From: an uncultured Planctomycetota bacterium
GTDB taxonomy: Bacteria; Planctomycetota; Planctomycetia; Isosphaerales; Isosphaeraceae
NCBI GenBank assembly: GCA_963737655.1
Contig: CAVTTN010000002.1
Span: 1,600,001 to 1,664,000, forward strand
Reading direction: 5' to 3'
DNA length: 64,000 nt
Shown: positions 59,339-64,000 of the stretch, piece by piece
Layout: every line of letters begins with the position of its first letter
How positions within the stretch are numbered: position 1 is the stretch's first letter
Position numbers and translations under genes: made by a program
Notes under the pieces: generated by a model
Database searches by the model: none
Told to the model about the DNA's origin: nothing
What the model saw: only the letters and a program-made list of their open reading frames with translations

Positions 59339-60457
59339 ATGGCGGAGAGCGGCCGGGAGCTTGAGGACCGCCGGGCGGAGGCGATCCGTCGCGACCTGAT
59401 CGCCTGGTATGACCGGGGGCATCGCGACCTGCCCTGGAGGCGCGACGGCGACCCCTACCGGATCCTCGTCTCCGAGACCATGCTCGTGCAGACGACGGTG
59501 GCGGCGGTCGTCCCGTTCTTCGCGAGGTTCCTGGAGCGGTTCCCCACCGTCGAAGCCCTGGCCCGGGCCGACGAGGCCGACGTCCTGAAGGCGTGGGAGG
59601 GCCTGGGGTATTACCGCCGGGCCCGCCAGCTCCACTCGGCGGCCAAGGCGATCGTGAACGACCATCGCGGGCGCGTCCCCGACGACCCGGAGGCCCTTCG
59701 GAGCCTGCCCGGGGTCGGCCGGTACATCGCCGGGGCGGTCCTCTCGTTCGCCTTCGACCGCCCCGCCCCGATCGTCGAGGCCAATACCCAGCGGGTCCTG
59801 GCCCGGCTCCTGGCGATCGAGGACGATATCGCCCGATCTTCTTCCCAGAAAACGCTTTGGGACGCGGCGGAACGGCTCGTCTCGGGCCCGAGGCCCGGCG
59901 ATTTCAACCAGGCGATCATGGAGCTCGGGGCCACGGTCTGCACCCCGAAAGAGCCGATGTGCCTGATCTGCCCGGTGGCCTCGGCCTGCCGAGGGCGGGC
60001 CCTGGGGATTCAGGACCGAATCCCGGCGAAGGCGGCGAGGGCCTCTCCGCTCGAAGTCGTCGAGGCGTGTGCCCTGGTCGCCCGGGAGGGGCGATGGCTG
60101 GTCGTCCGCCGAGGGGCCGGGCGGCTCTGGGAGGGGTTCTGGGAGTTCCCCACGGTCCACGTCTCGGGCGCCGACCCGGCGGGGAGGTCTCCGGGCGAGG
60201 CCGAGGGCCTGGCCCAGGGAGTCCGACGGCTCACCGGGGTCGTCGCGGAGGTCGCCTCGGCGGTCAAGACCCTCCGGTTCGGCGTGACCAGGCACCGGGT
60301 CGAGCTCACGGCCCACCTCGCCGCCGACCGCGGCGGCGACCCCATCCCGTCTCCGGGATTCACGGCCGCGAGGTTCGCCTCGCCCGAGGACATCGCCGGC
60401 TTCTCGATGGGTTCGGCCGTGCGTAAGTTGGCCAACTTGGTCATCGAGCCTGTTTAG
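59339..60457 (+). CDS. mutY: A/G-specific adenine glycosylase MutY
   Basis: RDLPWR, VSETMLVQT, WEGLGYYRRAR, LPGVGRYIA, C-x6-C-x2-C-x5-C, GFWEFP. Confidence 0.93.
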   Translation: MAESGRELEDRRAEAIRRDLIAWYDRGHRDLPWRRDGDPYRILVSETMLVQTTVAAVVPFFARFLERFPTVEALARADEADVLKAWEGLGYYRRARQLHSAAKAIVNDHRGRVPDDPEALRSLPGVGRYIAGAVLSFAFDRPAPIVEANTQRVLARLLAIEDDIARSSSQKTLWDAAERLVSGPRPGDFNQAIMELGATVCTPKEPMCLICPVASACRGRALGIQDRIPAKAARASPLEVVEACALVAREGRWLVVRRGAGRLWEGFWEFPTVHVSGADPAGRSPGEAEGLAQGVRRLTGVVAEVASAVKTLRFGVTRHRVELTAHLAADRGGDPIPSPGFTAARFASPEDIAGFSMGSAVRKLANLVIEPV

Positions 60458-60486
60458 GCGTTCCCTGATACGGGATTGTCCTACGA

Positions 60487-61671
60487 TTATTTCCTGGACG
60501 GGCGATACCAGACGACGTTGTGGGTCGAACCGCCGACGGCGACGACGTCGGGCGTGCCGTCGCCGTCGAGGTCCCCTCCTCGGAGGTCCTGGGCGGCGAT
60601 CTCGCGGTCGATCACGGCCTTCTTCCACGCCTCGCCGTCGAGCCGGTAGACGGAGACGCGATGGTCCTTGCCGCGGTGGCCGGCGAAGACCTCGTCGGTG
60701 CCGTCGCCGTCGATGTCGGCGACCCAGAGGGCGTGGCCGTCGTCGAGGGTGTCGTCGAGGAGGGTCCGGGGGCCGAAGTCCGGGGGACTCGTGTGCCCGC
60801 CTCCCTTGACGGGATAGACGGCGACCTGGTTGCCGTGCCAGGGTTCGACCGTGGCGAGGAAGCCCCAGCCGTCCCCCGTCTCCTTGCGACGGCCGAGGTG
60901 GACCTCGCTGGCCCCTCGCTTCGGCGCCGGGCCTTCGACGCCCGGCACCAGGGTCACGGCCTCCGGCCCCAGCCCGATCAGGCCCACGCCCAGATTGTCG
61001 GCCGTGAACAGGTAGCTGGGGCCATGACCGGCCCGGCCGTGGTGGACCTCGAAGGAGTGGAGGACCGGCCTGGTGCCGACGGGGGTGGCCTCCCATTTCT
61101 GAGTCCGGGGCGAGTCGGTCAGGAGGAACCGGAGGATCGTGGCCGGGGCCTGGTCGAACTTCGGCGGCGTGGCCTCGGGCCCGAAGATCGGGGCGACGGC
61201 GAGGAAGTCCGGCCGGGCGCCCGGGGAGGGGGCGCACCAGCGGACCCGGTGGATGCTGCCGACGTCGGCGATCGGCCGGGTGATCCAGGGGTCATCGACG
61301 TTCGCCCCTTGCCAGGCCAGGAGCAGCTTGCCCGTCCTCGGCCGGTTCATCTCGAATTCGTAGGCGATGGCGACCTCCGCCTTGCCGTCGCCGTCGAGGT
61401 CGGCCGAGGCGCTGGAGATGATCCCGGGCGTGCGCTTCGGGTCGGTGATGATCCTCTTCTTCCACGACGGGTTCTCGTACCAGGCGCAGGTGCCCCCGCC
61501 CACGGCGACGATGTCGGGCTTCCTGTCGCCGTTGACGTCGGCGACCTCGACCTGATAGGCGCCGGGGAAGTTGTCGTCGATCACGATCCGGTCGAACTTG
61601 GGGTCGGCGGCCGGGGATGCTCCGCAGAGGCCCAGAGACAGGCAGAGGATCGCGAGGACGAGCGGTTTCAT
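60487..61671 (-). CDS. Secreted FG-GAP/VCBS repeat beta-propeller protein
   Basis: Signal peptide; DVNGDRKPD, DLDGDG, DIDGDG; HRVRW and EPWHGNQVAVY motifs. Confidence 0.85.
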   Translation of the reverse strand: MKPLVLAILCLSLGLCGASPAADPKFDRIVIDDNFPGAYQVEVADVNGDRKPDIVAVGGGTCAWYENPSWKKRIITDPKRTPGIISSASADLDGDGKAEVAIAYEFEMNRPRTGKLLLAWQGANVDDPWITRPIADVGSIHRVRWCAPSPGARPDFLAVAPIFGPEATPPKFDQAPATILRFLLTDSPRTQKWEATPVGTRPVLHSFEVHHGRAGHGPSYLFTADNLGVGLIGLGPEAVTLVPGVEGPAPKRGASEVHLGRRKETGDGWGFLATVEPWHGNQVAVYPVKGGGHTSPPDFGPRTLLDDTLDDGHALWVADIDGDGTDEVFAGHRGKDHRVSVYRLDGEAWKKAVIDREIAAQDLRGGDLDGDGTPDVVAVGGSTHNVVWYRPSRK

Positions 61672-61697
61672 GGTCGGTCTCCGGGGCGGTCGGCGGT

Positions 61698-62576
61698 TCA
61701 TTCGGGTCCGCGATGCCCCCAGCCGGAGGGGGGGCCGGCGGTGTCCTCGGGCTTGACCCGGAGCTTGGAGAGGTCGATGTCCGGGGCGCCGTGGCCTTCG
61801 GATTCGAGGGCCTTGATCCGGTTCTCCAGCATCGTCACGCGCTGTTCGAGGAGGAGGATCCGGGCCTCGGCCTCGTCGGGCCGCCTGGGGCGGGGGACCT
61901 CGGGATAGTTGAGCTGCCTCTGGAGGGCCGAGAACAGGTAGGCGGGGTCTCGCCCCCGGTTGGCCCGGGCGATCTTGCCCTCTTTTTCGCCGAAGAGGGT
62001 GGGGAACTTGGGCTGATACTCGGGGTCGATCTCCCGCCTCTGGCGGACGAAGTAGGCCGAGCGGACATAGATCAAATCGGCGAAATCGACGTCGCCGAGC
62101 TTCGCCTGGAGCCGGAGGATGTAGTCGGTCCAGTCCTCGGGATAGAAGGGGTCGGCGGCCATCGCCTCCAGGCCGCGATTGTAGCCCAGGCGATTGCGGG
62201 AGAGGGCCTCGAACTGGTAGACGAACAGGCCGGCAAGGCTGGGGCCGTCGGCCCGGTATTTCGCCTCGCGTTCGAGGATCAGGAGGGCCTGCTCGAAGGC
62301 GAACCGGCCGACCTCTTCCTCGGCCCGGCTGACGACGAAGCTCTGGAACGGCGAGAAATAATGGCCCAGGCGGGTCATGGCCGGGCCCATCAGGCCGGAG
62401 GTCCGGCTCTCGGTCGAGAGGAAGGAGACGGCCAGAGGGAGGCGGGTGGTGGAGAGCAGCTCCTCGCCGATCCGGGCCAAGACTTCCTGCGCGGGCACGC
62501 CGTCGGCGACCCGCTCGCGGAAGGCGTGGAAGAAATACGCCTGCTCGATGTATTCCTCGCGATCAAGCACGGGCAT
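61698..62576 (-). CDS. Conserved hypothetical protein
   Basis: 292-aa ORF, LDREEYIEQAYFF...KEGKIARANRGRDPAYLFSALQRQLNYPEVP, host-like codon usage. Confidence 0.8.
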   Translation of the reverse strand: MPVLDREEYIEQAYFFHAFRERVADGVPAQEVLARIGEELLSTTRLPLAVSFLSTESRTSGLMGPAMTRLGHYFSPFQSFVVSRAEEEVGRFAFEQALLILEREAKYRADGPSLAGLFVYQFEALSRNRLGYNRGLEAMAADPFYPEDWTDYILRLQAKLGDVDFADLIYVRSAYFVRQRREIDPEYQPKFPTLFGEKEGKIARANRGRDPAYLFSALQRQLNYPEVPRPRRPDEAEARILLLEQRVTMLENRIKALESEGHGAPDIDLSKLRVKPEDTAGPPSGWGHRGPE

Positions 62577-62693
62577 GGCGAGGAATCCGGCCTATTCTCG
62601 AAGACGAGACAGAGCGACGCGAACGGATTCAACATACCGCCGCCGAGGCCCCGGTGGCCAGCCCCGGGCCCGTCGCCGAAGGAGCGGAAACGG

Positions 62694-62778
62694 GAGGAGT
62701 GGAACGGGGTCGGAGCCGATTCTCAGAGACGCAAGCCAGGATTGTGCCCAAAATCGGCTCCTGACCCCGTTTCTCCTC
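62694..62778. repeat. GGGGTC-type inverted repeat pair
   Basis: gaggagtggaacggggtcggagccgatt ... aatcggctcctgaccccgtttctcctc. Confidence 0.7.
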
Positions 62779-63095
62779 GAACCGCGCATCACGGCGTCAA
62801 TAATTTCCTCCGTCCCCTTTTCCTGTCCGTCCCCTTTTCCGGTCCCGTGCGGACAGGAAAAGGGGACGGACAGGAAAAGGGGAGGACAGGAAAAGGGGAC
62901 GGAGGAAATTCTCGGCGTGTCGTTCCTCAAGATGCGGGAAAAGGGGACATCAGGCAAGTCCACATTCAACTTTCCAAAGCACAATTCTCTCCGTCCCCTT
63001 TTCCACGGGCGACAGAGGCGCGAGCGGTGCGTGGCATGCCGGGAGTCTACGAACCGCGCATCTCAGCGTCAATAATTTCCTCCGTCCCCTTTTCC
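62779..63095. repeat. Cluster of CCGTCCCCTTTTCC repeats in both orientations plus a 45-bp direct repeat
   Basis: About 8 full or partial copies; gaaccgcgcatc..gcgtcaataatttcctccgtccccttttcc at 62779-62823 and 63051-63095; another copy at 63569-63582. Confidence 0.8.
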
Positions 63096-63099
63096 GCGC

Positions 63100-63530
63100 C
63101 GAGAGGGAGCCGCCGGAGGCGGTGGCGGCCAGGGGTGCGGCGGTGCCGGCGCGGAGTCCGGCCAGGGCGTCGTCGACGGGGGCGCCGCCGAGGTAGCGCG
63201 TGAGGAGGGTGCCGGAGGCGTTGAAGTCGGCGTAGGGGTCGGCGCCGTCGAAGACGGTGTAGGTCTGGGTGGTGAGGCCGGAGGCGGAGGTGTAGACGTC
63301 GGAGCCGATCCGTCGGCCGAGGGGGTCGTAGGTGAAGGTGGAGGCGGAGACGACGGCGCCCATGGAGTTCTTGACGGTGGCCCCGACGAGTTCGCCGCGG
63401 AAGTCGTAGGCGAAGGTGGTGACGGAGCCGCCGGAGGCGGTGAGGGTGGTGAGCTCGCCGTCGAGGTCGTAGGCGTAGGTGGCGCCTGGGGCGTTGGCGA
63501 GGAGGTTTCCGGCGGAGACGGAGTATCCCG
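63100..63530 (-). pseudogene. RHS/YD-repeat protein fragment
   Basis: GNLLANAPGATYAYDLDGELTT...FAYDFRGELVG...FTYDPLGRRIG...YTVFDGADPYADFNASGTLLTRYL; no authentic N-terminus and no core/toxin tip. Confidence 0.8.
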
Positions 63531-63605
63531 AGGAAGGTCAGGATGTGCGGGGGAATCAAGTATTCCCTCCGTCCCCTTTTCCGCGCTTTCTTCTACGAGG
63601 CGAGG

Positions 63606-63694
63606 CCGACCCTTTGCTCGTTTGCTCGCTTTGCTCGCAGCCAAGCCGGGGAAAGCGAAGCCGACCCTTTGCTCGCTTTGCTCGTTTGCTCACA
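63606..63694. repeat. Direct duplication containing TTTGCTCG units
   Basis: gccgaccctttgctcg(c)tttgctcg(c)tttgctc at ~63606 and ~63660. Confidence 0.65.
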
Positions 63695-63903
63695 GGGCCA
63701 AGCCGAAGGGGACAGCGGGGAGCCGTGGCTGAATTGTTGAAGCTCGTCCCGTCCGAACCGATGGCCGTTCCTGGGCGCTGGCGTGGGCATCTCGGTTGCA
63801 GAATGAAGAACCCGGCATTTCCGGGCGCTGGTCGAAAAGCCAAGGTGGCCGTGGCGGGGGGTGGAGGGCGGACGGGGTGGGTGGCTGTGCCTTGCATTCT
63901 ACG

Positions 63904-64000
63904 CTACGTCCCCCAGCCGTCCTTCTCATCCTCAAAGTCGCCGAGGAGCGATCTCGCTAGCTTCTTACGGTCTCGCAAGAACTCCTCCATGATGCGAAAA
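63904..64000 (-). CDS. C-terminus of a lower-GC ORF entering from the right edge (possible immunity-type gene)
   Basis: ...FRIMEEFLRDRKKLARSLLGDFEDEKDGWGT*; atypical composition; next to the RHS remnant. Confidence 0.35.
   Translation of the reverse strand, partial: FRIMEEFLRDRKKLARSLLGDFEDEKDGWGT

Noticed and set aside
62779..63582. Possible CRISPR array from recurring CCGTCCCCTTTTCC
   Set aside because: Mixed orientations, irregular spacing, 14-bp core and no cas genes

Overview
A GC-rich bacterial chromosomal window. Gene content suggests a planctomycete (inference): DUF1501, a TIGR03009/LolA-like protein, an ECF sigma factor with a long C-terminal extension, Uma2 pairs and a double-domain NfeD. 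About 45 CDS are present, including MoxR/DUF58 with a 4-gene ABC transporter, a ~2,080-aa membrane protein, a YfhO/GT4/flippase glycan cluster, trpS, mutY, a chelatase, a DegT aminotransferase, CsrA, sigma factors and an RHS remnant. At least 10 single-base frameshifts, mostly in homopolymers, look like long-read errors. Main highlights: (1) A clear c-di-AMP (ydaO/yuaA) riboswitch precedes an unannotated 50-aa membrane peptide and two tandem KimA-like APC-USP transporter paralogs; the second paralog appears to have its own promoter behind a heptamer hairpin. (2) At least 8 families of REP-like palindromes occur, two nested inside MITE-like shells with TIRs and TSDs, and three supplying a gene's TAG stop codon. 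(3) A compositionally atypical two-gene island encodes a candidate KH...WHGYP nuclease/toxin and a propeller-like partner. (4) An orphan GAP1-N2-like membrane protein. (5) A hypothetical-sigma-CsrA regulatory cassette. No CRISPR array, rRNA, tRNA or intact transposase was seen. All family calls come from motif recognition by eye; no database searches were run.
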